The notes beneath the pieces were generated by a model. It saw only the letters and a list, made by a program, of their open reading frames with translations. It did no database searches and was not told where the DNA came from. From Schmidtea polychroa (lineage: Eukaryota), in assembly GCA_044892525.1 (NCBI GenBank), contig CM097885.1, forward strand, positions 1,860,001-1,924,000: DNA of 64,000 bases, written 5' to 3'. How positions within the stretch are numbered: position 1 is the stretch's first letter; each line of letters starts with the position of its first letter. This document shows, piece by piece, positions 38,150 to 52,139 of this stretch. The position numbers and the translations under genes are program-made.

Positions 38150-39831
38150 TGAATGCATACCGATAGAAACTGAATGCCACCGTCAGGCCCATCACAAACA
38201 CAAACACAGGCACAGCATCCCCATCCCCATCAGCCCCCCCCCCCAACAACAACAAAAACAACAACAACTGAATGCATACCGATAGAAACTGAATGCCACC
38301 GTCAGCCCCATCACAAACACAGGCACAGCATCCCCATCCACATCAGCCCCCCCCCCCCAACAACAACAACAACAACAGCAACAACTGAATGCCACCGTCA
38401 GCACCATCACAAACACAGGCACAGCATCCCCATCCCCATCCCCATCAGCCCCCCCCAACAACAACAACAACAGCAACAACTGAATGCATACCGATAGAAA
38501 CTGAATGCCACCGTCAGGCCCACCACAAACACAGGCACAGCATCCCCATCCCCATCCCCATCCCCATCAGCACCCCCCCCCCAACAACAACAGCAACAAC
38601 TGAATGCCACCGTCAGGCCCACCACAAACACAGGCTCCCCATCCCCATCCCCATCAGCACCCCCCCCAACAACAACAGCAACAACTGAATGCCACCGTCA
38701 GGCCCATCACAAACACAGGCACAGCATCCCCATCCCCATCAGCCCCCCCCCCCCCCCAACAACAACAACAACAACTGAATGCATACCGATAGAAACTGAA
38801 TGCCACCGTCAGGCCCATCACAAACACAGGCACAGCATCCCCATCCCCATCAGCCCCCCCCCCCCCAACAACAACAACAACAACTGAATGCATACCGATA
38901 GAAACTGAATGCCACCGTCAGGCCCATCACAAACACAGGCACAGCATCCCCATCCCCATCAGCCGCCCCCAACAACAACAACAACAACAACAGCAACAAC
39001 TGAATGCATACCGATAGAAACTGAATGCCACCGTCAGCCCCACCACAAACACAGGCACAGCATCCCCATCCCCATCAGCCCCCCCAAACAACAACAACAG
39101 CAACAACTGAATGCATACCGATAGAAACTGAATGCCACCGTCAGGCCCATCACAAACACAGGCACAGCATCCCCATCCCCATCAGCCCCCCCCCCCCCAA
39201 CAACAACAACAACAACAACAGCAACAACTGAATGCCACCGTCAGGCCCATCACAAACACAGGCACAGCATCCCCATCCCCATCAGCCCCCCCCAAACAAC
39301 AACAACAACAACAACAACAACTGAATGCATACCGATAGAAACTGAATGCCACCGTCAGGCCCATCACAAACACAGGCACAGCATCCCCATCCCCATCAGC
39401 CCCCCCCCCCCAACAACAACAACAGCAACAACTGAATGCATACCGATAGAAACTGAATGCCACCGTCAGGCCCATCACAAACACAGGCACAGCATCCCCA
39501 TCCCCATCAGCCCCCCCCCCCAACAACAACAGCAACAACTGAATGCCACCGTCAGGCCCATCACAAACACAGGCACAGCATCCCCATCCCCATCAGCCCC
39601 CCCCCAAACAACAACAACAACAACAACAACAACTGAATGCATACCGATAGAAACTGAATGCCACCGTCAGGCCCATCACAAACACAGGCACAGCATCCCC
39701 ATCCCCATCAGCCCCCCCCCAAACAACAACAACAGCAACAACTGAATGCATACCGATAGAAACTGAATGCCACCGTCAGGCCCATCACAAACACAGGCAC
39801 AGCATCCCCATCCCCATCAGCCCCCCCCCCC

Positions 39832-39862
<31 letters not shown>

Positions 39863-40057
39863 TGAATGCATACCGATAGAAACTGAATGCCACCGTCAGG
39901 CCCATCACAAACACAGGCACAGCATCCCCATCCCCATCAGCCCCCCCCCCAAACAACAACAACAACAACTGAATGCATACCGATAGAAACTGAATGCCAC
40001 CGTCAGGCCCATCACAAACACAGGCACAGCATCCCCATCCCCATCAGCCCCCCCCCC

Positions 40058-40088
<31 letters not shown>

Positions 40089-42368
40089 TGAATGCATACC
40101 GATAGAAACTGAATGCCACCGTCAGGCCCATCACAAACACAAACACAGGCACAGCATCCCCATCCCCATCAGCCCCCCCCCCCCCAACAACAACAAAAAC
40201 AACAACAACTGAATGCATACCGATAGAAACTGAATGCCACCGTCAGCCCCATCACAAACACAGGCACAGCATCCCCATCCACATCAGCCCCCCCCCCCCA
40301 ACAACAACAACAACAACAGCAACAACTGAATGCCACCGTCAGCACCATCACAAACACAGGCACAGCATCCCCATCCCCATCCCCATCAGCCCCCCCCAAC
40401 AACAACAACAACAGCAACAACTGAATGCATACCGATAGAAACTGAATGCCACCGTCAGGCCCACCACAAACACAGGCACAGCATCCCCATCCCCATCCCC
40501 ATCCCCATCAGCACCCCCCCCCCAACAACAACAGCAACAACTGAATGCCACCGTCAGGCCCACCACAAACACAGGCTCCCCATCCCCATCCCCATCAGCA
40601 CCCCCCCCAACAACAACAGCAACAACTGAATGCCACCGTCAGGCCCATCACAAACACAGGCACAGCATCCCCATCCCCATCAGCCCCCCCCCCCCCCAAC
40701 AACAACAACAACAACTGAATGCATACCGATAGAAACTGAATGCCACCGTCAGGCCCATCACAAACACAGGCACAGCATCCCCATCCCCATCAGCCCCCCC
40801 CCCCCAACAACAACAACAACAACTGAATGCATACCGATAGAAACTGAATGCCACCGTCAGGCCCATCACAAACACAGGCACAGCATCCCCATCCCCATCA
40901 GCCGCCCCCAACAACAACAACAACAACAACAGCAACAACTGAATGCATACCGATAGAAACTGAATGCCACCGTCAGCCCCACCACAAACACAGGCACAGC
41001 ATCCCCATCCCCATCCCCATCAGCCCCCCCCCCAAACAACAACAACAACAACTGAATGCATACCGATAGAAACTGAATGCCACCGTCAGGCCCATCACAA
41101 ACACAAACACAGGCACAGCATCCCCATCCCCATCCCCATCAGCCCCCCCCCCCAACAACAACAGCAACAACTGAATGCATACCGATAGAAACTGAATGCC
41201 ACCGTCAGGCCCATCACAAACACAAACACAGGCACAGCATCCCCATCCCCATCAGCCCCCCCCCCAAACAACAACAACAACAACAACAACAACTGAATGC
41301 ATACCGATAGAAACTGAATGCCACCGTCAGCCCCATCACAAACACAGGCACAGCATCCCCATCCCCATCAGCCCCCCCCCCCCCCCCCCAACAACAACAG
41401 CAACAACTGAATGCATACCGATAGAAACTGAATGCCACCGTCAGGCCCATCACAAACACAGGCACAGCATCCCCATCCCCATCAGCCCCCCCCAACAACA
41501 ACAACAACAACAACAACAGCAACAACTGAATGCATACCGATAGAAACTGAATGCCACCGTCAGGCCCATCACAAACACAGGCACAGCATCCCCATCCCCA
41601 TCAGCCCCCCCCCCCAACAACAACAGCAACAACTGAATGCATACCGATAGAAACTGAATGCCACCGTCAGGCCCATCACAAACACATGCACAGCATCCCC
41701 ATCCCCATCAGCCCCCCCCCCCAACAACAACAGCAACAACTGAATGCATACCGATAGAAACTGAATGCCACCGTCAGGCCCATCACAAACACAAACACAG
41801 GCACAGCATCCCCATCCCCATCAGCCCCCCCCAACAACAGCAACAACTGAATGCATACCGATAGAAACTGAATGCCACCGGCAGGCCCACCACAAACACA
41901 GGCACAGGCACAGCATCCCCATCCCCATCAGCCCCCCCCAACAACAGCAACAACTGAATGCATACCGATAGAAACTGAATGCCACCGGCAGGCCCACCAC
42001 AAACACAGGCACAGCATCCCCATCCCCATCAGCCCCCCCCCAAACAACAACAACAACAACAACAACAACTGAATGCATACCGATAGAAACTGAATGCCAC
42101 CGGCAGGCCCACCACAAACACAGGCACAGCATCCCCATCCCCATCAGCCCCCCCCCCAACAACAACAGCAACAACTGAATGCATACCGATAGAAACTGAA
42201 TGCCACCGTCAGGCCCATCACAAACACAAACACAGGCACAGCATCCCCATCCCCATCAGCCCCCCCCAACAACAGCAACAACTGAATGCATACCGATAGA
42301 AACTGAATGCCACCGGCAGGCCCACCACAAACACAGGCACAGCATCCCCATCCCCATCAGCCCCCCCC

Positions 42369-42399
<31 letters not shown>

Positions 42400-43718
42400 T
42401 GAATGCATACCGATAGAAACTGAATGCCACCGGCAGGCCCACCACAAACACAGGCACAGCATCCCCATCCCCATCAGCCCCCCCCCCCAAACAACAACAA
42501 CAACTGAATGCATACCGATAGAAACTGAATGCCACCGTCAGGCCCATCACAAACACAGGCACAGCATCCCCATCCCCATCAGCCCCCCCCCCCCCAAACA
42601 ACAACAACAGCAACAACTGAATGCATACCGATAGAAACTGAATGCCACCGGCAGGCCCACCACAAACACAGGCACAGCATCCCCATCCCCATCAGCCCCC
42701 CCCCCCCCCCCAAACAACAACAACAACTGAATGCATACCGATAGAAACTGAATGCCACCGTCAGCCCCATCACAAACACAGGCACAGCATCCCCATCCCC
42801 ATCCCCATCAGCCCCCCCCCAACAACAACAACAACAACTGAATGCATACCGATAGAAACTGAATGCCACCGTCAGGCCCATCACAAACACAAACCACGGA
42901 AACACCAAATCCGCTACAGTCAGCCCATTCCATGCTGAATGCGCCATGAAATAGTAATTGCCGCCTCCATAATTCACAAATATCATCAGCATGATTGAGA
43001 TGCCCCGCAACGTATCGACTCCCTTCACGCGTTTCACCACCGACGATTCCGACCGCTACCAATGCAAAGATCAATCAACCCAAATTGTAACTAGGCAACC
43101 AACTAAGTGGCTGTCGGTATCAACCAACCTTCACAGAGGTGAAATTGACCTCCTCCTCAGTCAATGCAGGCGTGGCAATTGATGGATTACCGAGATCTAT
43201 ATAGGAATCAACCTGGTAGAGGAACACCCTTGAAAGGAGCCTATGGATCAATCGGTGACGGATAATCAATAATCCAGTATAGAAGAGAGCAGCACAAAGA
43301 CTCAATGCCACCAGAGCGATATAGAAAGGCATCATGAAATCACTAGTCTCACCATAGGGGATCATTATACACTTGATTGTATCATTTCCTTGCATCATAT
43401 CCCGGTTGACAATGGAATAATTATATTGCTTATACTCAATTAATTTCCACCGAGCTCTGATTGGTTCAAATTCATTCAACCGATTCAATGAAAATGATTG
43501 AATTACTTGCAAAGGGATCCATTAACAATTTTGTCTCGGCTATCCATTCGGTGAATCAAGATCTGGAACCACATGTTAGATATAATTGACAAATTTAAGC
43601 TGCTTGAGGCGTTTACGGATACATTTTTCATTAAACAATTGAAGCATTCGATATATTGAAATTGAAATAACAAACTGGCGTTTAGTTGGTTAATCAAATG
43701 GAAATTCACAATATCCAT
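33048..43718 (-). CDS. HGSNAT: Heparan-alpha-glucosaminide N-acetyltransferase, ~609 aa, 9 exons
   Basis: Exons 43718-43507, 43456-43129, 43055-42850, 34830-34463, 34411-34140, 33816-33742, 33689-33619, 33392-33280, 33232-33048; 1830 nt, phases consistent. Motifs: [86 protein letters not shown]. The start codon and exon 2 donor are less certain. Confidence 0.9.
33890..34095. repeat. Degenerate 38/56-bp tandem repeat in HGSNAT intron 5
   Basis: About 4 units of ccatcccctccattcaccc...cacacaaagggatgtgctca. Confidence 0.85.
34911..35174. repeat. 31-bp minisatellite (GGGAGGTGATGATGAGATTGGCTGTCAGCTA) x8.5 in HGSNAT intron 3
   Basis: Exact 31-nt period from 34911 to 35159. Confidence 0.95.
35224..42890 (-). 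repeat. ~7.7 kb compound satellite (~85-115-bp unit, roughly 70-75 copies) derived from the HGSNAT exon 3/intron 3 junction
   Basis: Unit on minus strand: GTGTTTGTGATGGGCCTGACGGTGGCATTCAGTTTCTATCG|GTATGCATTCAG(TTG)n-Gn-CTGATGG(GGATGG)nGGATGCTGTGCCT. The first part is the coding end of exon 3 ([14 protein letters not shown]). Confidence 0.93.
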
Positions 43719-46311
43719 TATCAAATATTAGAAAGTCTACAAAAAAAATATTAATATTAAAGATTTCAATAAAAAAATTATTAACATGTAATTATAAAAA
43801 TTTAAATTATTTATTCAAATCCAAATCGTTTTGCAAAAAAATAAAATTGAATGTAAATAAAATTTTAAATATTATTAAAAATTCCTTTATTTTAAATAAA
43901 TTTTAATAATGATTTAAATATTCAAAAAATTTTCAGATTACACAATTTATAAAAACAAACGAAGGTCAAATGACAAATAATAAATGTTTGTGTAAAATAT
44001 ATTAAAAATAGTTATAATTCGTAAAATATGATAGATGAAAATATTTTTCTAGCCGATATTTTACAAGGGAAAACCTAATTCGATTGGAATAACCTTTTTT
44101 AATTATTAGATTTTAAGCAGGACCTTGAAATTAAGTGAGAATTGAAACGTAACTGTTTTTCTTTTATTTCCGCAAATCTAACCAGAATTGAACTTCAACC
44201 TCACTCGTTTCACCTCGACTATCAAGCCGAAACGTCGTAAAAAGCACCCCGTCGAAATTGACAACCTGTGCGCTGCCATTCAGTCTGTGTATGCAATAAC
44301 AACCTCAGTTACTTTTCGATATAGATGGTCAAACTTAATAATCATGAAAGCATCTTGAAAATCGAATTATGCTTTCAGTTGCTTTTTACAATTTTTACAA
44401 AAAAATATACATAAATCCTTTCACCTCTTTCATTCCTCTTTATCTAATTCTCAAACCATCTTCACCATTCATAATTTTTGTATATGGACCATACATTTAG
44501 ATAATATTGTTCTGAAAAACTTGCTTGTTTTGGCAGTCTACACATGCTTGTTTACTTTTCTCATTTAACATATCATTTCATCAATTTTTGGCTTGGTTTT
44601 GAAATTCTGATTCATGGCAGTACATAAAAGTAGCTTTGAATGTAACAATATATCCTTTCAAAGATTTATCGCCATTGATTTTTATATTCACCATATTTAT
44701 CATGATATTGTTGAAATGTGTGAATATTCTTACTTAAATTATTATTTGAAAATACACTGAAGGAAAACTAAGTATATTAATAAACTTCAAAGAATGGACA
44801 AATCTTTTAGCTTTAGGAACCAATTTGATAATTAAGAAAAGATACAAAATTTAATACAGCCGAGCTCCTTTAGTTGGATCGGGATAACTCGGATTTTGAC
44901 TCAAGTCGTACTGTTTTCCAAATTCCGGATTTTTTGCTTTTACAATTCATATAAATTTTCACAACTTATCTGGTATAAATAAGTCGTACTTTTGATTATC
45001 TCGTAGCTAGGGTTACTGCCATGTATATGAGTATTTATCGATTTTTCCTACATAATAAGTACATTCACTGTCAGTAATGTTATTTAATTGTAATTAATTA
45101 TTTTATAATTAGCTTGTTTTCATAAATACACTTAAAATTATGTAAATTCAGCTTTATTATTTTTTAATCTGCGTTTGCTTTAGAATCCTTAAATGATTAT
45201 ATTTTTATGATTTTTTCATCCATTTATAATGTGTGAAAAATGCAGGTTACAGACTAAGATTTACGATGATAATCAAGTTTGTCAAACTTTCGAATGTGAC
45301 AATTAAAGATGTTGTTTCTCTTCATAATAGGAAACCTCAAACGGTAAACGACGTCTTGAAAAACAAAGGGAGATTTGAAGCATTTATTACTAAGATTTTG
45401 AAAAAGCAGTGAACAATAATGGAATTTTTTGAAAGAAAATAACCGAGTGATTATTACCTACCTACTCTTTTTTAATATTTTGAATTATGTACTATTATCC
45501 TCTATGTTAGGAAGTAAATTGGCAACTTTTCAGCCAACAATATAAACTGCTGTCATAACAATGAGAAATGAAAAATCAATCTATTTGATAGAAATCGCAT
45601 ATGACATAATTCGTATGAATTGTAGCATTCCAATCAAATCCGATTTAAGTGGGCACGACTGTATTACAGGTCAAACCTTTTTGTAGTAGAGAAATTTGTG
45701 GTCAATTAAAGGATCAAAATCCTGTAAACAGTACTCACGCGAATGTAGATACAATTTAAAATCTATCAACAAAGTTGGCTAGTCATGGGAAAATAGCGAA
45801 AGATATAAAGCTGTCGACGAAATATACGAAACCATAGCAAGCTTCTTGATACCTAACAAAATCTTAAAACTGATGTCTGAATATTTATATGTTACTCTTA
45901 TATCAAGTGTCCTAACCAATTGCAGGTATTAGCAGAACACGCGACCCTTACCTTACGGTAATTGTGTCTCAAATCTCATCATTTGTTTTACATTTAATTT
46001 TCACAGCATTTCAAAACAGCCAACAAACCTAGGAAAGGAAATAAAATTATTTCTGAAGCTAAAAGTTGGTAGCGAATCAGGAGAGATGTCCACAACAAGT
46101 CGAAATGGAATAATTGGACAACGAATATTTTATTAATATATCTTTCTATTAATTGGAGCATCGAATGAAACAGGTTATAGCGGATTATCCTGATGTGGTT
46201 ACCAAGGCAACGGAGAAGATAAAATTATATAAACGAGGGCAAATAAATAAGACAAAATCAAATTTATAAAACAAATAAAAAAAGATTTTCCTAAATCACA
46301 AAAAGCTCGAT

Positions 46312-48712
46312 TCATTTCTTAGGCTTGCTGGAGTAATCATAGAATCCCTTTCCGGATTTCTGACCGAGCTTCTTGTCGGCAACCATTTTGTCCAGCAACC
46401 CAATCGGACTGAACAGGGGATTCTCTGGGAATTTTTCGTGCCACCCGTCAAGAATGAATTTAGTCGTGTCGAGGCCAACATAATCCGCCAATGCAAGCGG
46501 GCCCATGGGATACCCAGCTCCCAGTCGCATGGCAACATCGATATCCTCACAGGTGGCCTCCCCGCGATCCAACATGCGTAACGCCTCACCAATATAGGGC
46601 ACCAATAACCGATTGACAATAAATCCCGGCGTGTCTCGGCACTTGACCGCAGTTTTGCCCACCGATTTCACAAACCCCATAAGAGCCTACCAATTATTCA
46701 ATGATATACATGAGACAAGCAGTAGCAGCAAGCCAATGGATGAGCTGCAGCATTTTGTAATGAGCATGGGACATGTAGCACTAGTAGATAGATAGGAGGG
46801 CTCCAGCCCAAAAGGAATCTTCGACTCTCACAATTTTTTGGTCAAATAGGGGGAGGCACGCTTCTTAGGTGACTTCTTCCCCGTTCCTGACAACCCCCGA
46901 TACATTTTTGTTTTAATCAGTGATTGCATAATATTTTCACGGTTGTTACGTCATAAATTTATATTTTTCATAAGAACTTCAAAGTAGCGATTGGCCGAAA
47001 CTAAATTCCCCATTTAATGCGCCTATGACGTAATCAACATTTTTAGTACAGAATTTTGAATTTATATATCAATTTAGCAAACTTGAGATATTTTCACTCA
47101 AACAATATATAGATAGAATTTAATTCTCTACAAAATGGCATCTTTATTTATGTCAAATTCACACCAATAGCTCCATAAACACGGTTAATTCACTCGCATT
47201 TGATTGGCTATCAGTAAGCAATGCGATATATTCCACATAATCATGCAATGTAACGGTCACAATTGTTGCCCCTCCCCTCCCCTCCCAGCTGGGATATTGA
47301 TGGATAATTCATGACTAGCTAGACTCTGTATGAGCTGTAATCTCCCCCCCCCCCCCATTAACGCCAGCGCATTCATAAGCACAGTTGCCATAGCTACAGA
47401 TAACTGCCACCGAATCCCTTTGCTCATTCAATCATGCATTCAATAGCGCAAAAGCAATTGCTACAATCATTATCATACTCATTCTCACCTCTGTCGTGTT
47501 GCTGCTGGTGTTGCCAGTGGAAACCACCTCAACCAATCCCATCACGGGCACCGGGTTAAAGAAATGCAGCCCTCCGAATCTGTCCTGCCTGTTGGTTGCG
47601 ACAGCCATTTCTGCAATCGATAGCGATGAAGTGTTGCTGGCAAATATGCAGTCAGCGGGGGCCACCTCATCGAGACTCCTGGAACAGAACCGCAATTAAT
47701 GGGGATCATTGCTAATATGGATGATTGCAAATACAGCACTGATGCATGCAGTAACCAAGGGAAACACGCCCCTCCTCCTGCTGGTCTCCCCCTCTCTCTA
47801 TTCCAATGAATAATGATTGAATCATCCAATCCATTTGCCTATCAACAGGGAAATATTTGCCCATTATCGATCTTACCGAGATTGCTAGCAACAGCACAAT
47901 TTGCTCGCGCAAATCCCCACAATCGTCACTGGATAAGCAATAATAATATTTCATTCACTCAATTGATACAATTCCGCTCAATAATTGTTGTCAATAACGG
48001 CCTCGACTTTGGCCGCTAATATCACGAATCGGTATCAGAGTCCACAGGTCAATCAATGCAGATACTCATATGACGCGTGTAAATAAATTGCTAGCACTAA
48101 TTACAGCAATTACAAATGAGATCCCTTACTAATGGCTCATTCATATTCATATATTACTCCATATTTGATTTTTCATTAATAATTTGCTTCCACTTTCCCA
48201 ACACAGCCAAAATATGCCAAACAAATATAATGAGAATAATGTAAAAGGTATTACACAATAATAATAATAATACGTAATTATAATCATTTGAATGCAAATT
48301 AATATTAAAATATTACAATTATGAAAGAAACTAACTTAAATAGTTTATTTTTAATTCCTATATTTTCAATTATCGCTTCAATTATTAAGTCTGATTTTTT
48401 TGCCGCTTCATTACTATTAGTTGAAGTTTGAATTAATTGTAAACTGGTTTCAACAAATTTCTCCTGTTCATCAATTTTATCAGCAAGCTTTTTTGCCGCA
48501 ACTCGTTTTAAATTAACTTTGATTTTTTCCATTGCTTTCTGCAAAAGACTTTCGTCTACATCTATCAAATTCACTTTATAGCCGCTTTGTGCTGATATTT
48601 GTGCTATTCCTGATCCCATCAATCCACATCCTATAACAGTTATGGTCTTCATCGAACGAGTTATATTATAAGTAAAACTAGATCGGCAAGCAGAATTAAA
48701 AATTCGAAACAT
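46312..48712 (-). CDS. HADH: Mitochondrial short-chain 3-hydroxyacyl-CoA dehydrogenase, 313 aa, 3 exons
   Basis: Exons 48712-48336, 47678-47489, 46686-46312; 942 nt in frame. Motifs: targeting-peptide-like N-terminus, [75 protein letters not shown]. Confidence 0.95.
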
Positions 48713-50799
48713 TTAGTATTTATAATTATTAACAATTTGATATGCTGTAATATATTTTCAAATGATTTAAAGATGATGTAATATTACAAATATTTAAACA
48801 AAATATTTTTATTGTAAAATATAAATCATTAAAATTTTTAACTTTAATCAAATTCATTATTATCATATCAGTGACATTTCAAACAATGTAATTTATATAA
48901 TTTAATGAAAAATGGAGTATAATCATCCTATTTTATTTGAAATATAATATCATATATTTTTCACACTGTTGTATCAATGTCTTAAAACAATGATGAGCTA
49001 GAGTCGAAAATCTGAGAGCTTGTTTAAAGACGTCGAAAATACATATAATGTAAACTGCACCAAGTCAAACTAAAATCTATTATCATACATAAAATAATAC
49101 AAAGTCAAGCACACAACACCATACAATAACAACAAAATACAACAAAATACAATAATAATGTTGGGCTAAATTTCGGAGTGGAGAGAACTGGAGCGAATAG
49201 AAAAAGTAAACCTCGAAAAATAAATGAAATAAGACAGAAATATAAATTACCATCAAATCTCACTAGTAAATAGGAAGGAACAATAAAATACCAATAAAAG
49301 AATAAGAATAAGTAACCAAACTAAATAAAACCCAATAAACCCCTTAAGATTTAGAAATAAAACGATTTAAGACACACAGCGGATAAAATAGAAATAGAAT
49401 AAGCAAAAAATTGAAACAAATAAACGGGAAATTAAAGAAATAAATAAAAAATAAAACCATTTTTAAGTCAAATTAAAACAAAAAAATGATATTACAATAA
49501 AATAGCAATAAGTCCGCAGGAAAAATAGGAGAAAAATAATAAAAATAAGAAAAATAAATAAAATAATAATAAGAAATAAGTCAAGTCATTAAAATTTAAT
49601 ATATGATAATAAAAACATAAAAATAAGAATAAATAGTAAAATTACAAGCAAGTCGCGTCCTGATTGGACGAAAAATACTATATATGTAACGTGAAAAAGT
49701 AGAAAACCACCACTTTAATTTTCACGATTACAGATTACAGATATTCCACAGATTACAGAACCATAATCACAGACACCAATTCAGAGACTCCAGAACTTAA
49801 ATTCAAGAAAACTTACTTAGCGACTAGCGACCAATTTATTCGAGACCAGTTTTAAATTTAATTCAATTTGTTCCAGTTTTCGAAGCTCTAGGTATGTTGA
49901 TCTATTTATGTTTGTTAGTTCAATTTATTCGATGGTAGAAAATAAAAATAAAACTCATTTCATATAATAAATTTATTTAATAAAAATAGCCTTTTTCTTC
50001 ATGGTGCCGGCGACTGTACCATCTGGGAGCTCCAAGTATGATGTGGACGAATCGGAGATACGTCGCGGTGGAGAACATAATCACGAGGAAAATTTTCATC
50101 ATATGTATCCGGAAGATGTTGAAAAGAAAATACGATGCTTGAGAAAATGGTATTTGTCGTATGAGAGGTTTGCCAAGAGCATGACAAAATTGCGATTGTA
50201 TAGAATAAAATACATCATACTTGGAGTCCAAATGATAGGGTCGCCGGGTGAGATTTTATTATTCATTTGATCATTTTTATTATTTGATTATCATAAATTG
50301 TGCACGAATGGTTGATTTGCGAAGAATGAGTCGAACGGTCCCTCATGACGGTGCAAGAACGGCGGCAGAGATGAATGCCTTCTTGGGTGGGTCATGAGGG
50401 GTGAGGAGACTCCGTAGGTTGAATCTAGTTAGCAGTGGAATTTCTCACACGGAGCGCGATCACTCATGGAGTATCTTCGTTTTTATGCATCCACGCCGAG
50501 GTTTCGAGAATAGAGAAAATAATGCAAATTTCTAAAGTCGGAGACATTTTCGGGTTGAGATCCATAGTTCTTCACTGTCAATAGCTTGCTTTCCGTCGAA
50601 TACCGATAATTGTCCTAGTTGGGGTGGGCGATGAATGGTTCGAGTTTTTTCCAGAAATAGATTTCATACCAGAGTATCAACGCCACACCGTCGTAGCGGA
50701 TCTATAGTTGAGATAAAAATTTTTTCTCTATGTCATGGACGAATCGTCGGACATCGTTTTAAAGAGGCGTTTCCTTCGAAAAATCACCGAGAATTTCTG

Positions 50800-51152
50800 C
50801 TAGACATTTTTGGAATTAAATCCTGAGATGTACATTGCCAGGGCATTAGCGAGTAAACCCATTCGTTGACTGAGTTTGACTCTAGTTTGACATGAGTATC
50901 CGATGAAGCTTGATTTGATATCGATAACGGCGCGCCTAAAATAGGAAAATATACATTTGTTCTTGATAAGGAAATGAATTACTTGTTGGGAGTCCGGACG
51001 GAGCTGTCAACGGCGATAGGAAACTCATCCGCCTGTTCCGTAGTTAGGTAGACTTTCGACTTGGAGGATTGGCCCAATAATCTGATAAAGACATCTAATG
51101 TATCGATTGAGGGAGGAGGCCGTCGAGAAAATGAGTGGACCATTTTTATCAT
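50800..51152 (-). CDS. Candidate two-exon orphan ORF (101 aa), antisense within cassette A
   Basis: ATG 51152; 47-nt intron 50982-50936 (AA|gtaatt...ttttag|G) joins the frames; stop 50802-50800. No recognisable domain; may be a pseudogene. Confidence 0.3.
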
Positions 51153-52139
51153 GAGTCAACATATTGAGCAAATCTGAATGATAAGATTAATTCTACTCTA
51201 CTATACCCACGAGTAACCTACACAATCAAGTTTCTTGAGTTTTCGAACACAATAAACTGAATTTTCTGTCTTAACTGGAACCGTATCTGCAACGCTATAT
51301 CTATTAATTACTGCCCACACATACACACCTGCATCACACTCAAATTAGATCACAGTGAACAAGTGGACATCAGTATTACTTAATCATAGTGAGAGAGTCG
51401 TAAAGCTGCATCTACGAGTGGTCCACTAGATTTCTTCAACGAAAAATCACAGCACGATGAGAATAATTTTTGTTGCATGCAAGTTGCTAATTAAATATTC
51501 AGACATGCATTGCAAAGGAACCGTCGATATTTGTTAGTATAGATAGAAAAGCCAATTAACACATATTTGCGTCCGATTTAGGCGTCGCCATGACGATTTT
51601 TATGGCGTTAAATGTAAAATAATTAAGTTATAATTTAGGATAGGAATTTTTAGCGAAAGTATCTTAATTGTCGTACAAACCCGAGGGGTCTACATACAAA
51701 TCGAGGAGATCCCGGTAATCGCTGAATTTTCTCGCATCATATAGTACATATAGAATTTAGTGACGCAGTAGCGAAATGGGGGAAAGTGGAATTGTTGAAA
51801 TATAATGAAACGAACTAAAATAATCGAGATCACAATAATGAAGTAATACTAATACATTAGTTAGGAATAGTAGCACTCGTAAAATAAACGTAAAGGTTGA
51901 AGTTAATATGAAGGAATGTTTTTCGTAAATTCCCGTTTTCTTCTCATTAATTAGTAATGATTGAATGGTTTAACTTGGATGTTTGAGATTGAATGAATGG
52001 GGGTATTGACTAACGGTGTGGATTTGTGACCCCTATTGAACAGCTTGATTAGGAAGATTTTAAATTTCGTATTCGAAAATATAAATAATACTCCAGCGAA
52101 TTTTACAATTTAAAGATAAAGATTTTCTTAAAACTTTAG

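Noticed and set aside
35156-42938. Dozens of Pro/His/Thr-rich or Cys/Gly-rich ORFs as genes
   Set aside because: All are translations of the intronic satellite; only 43055-42850 is true exon.
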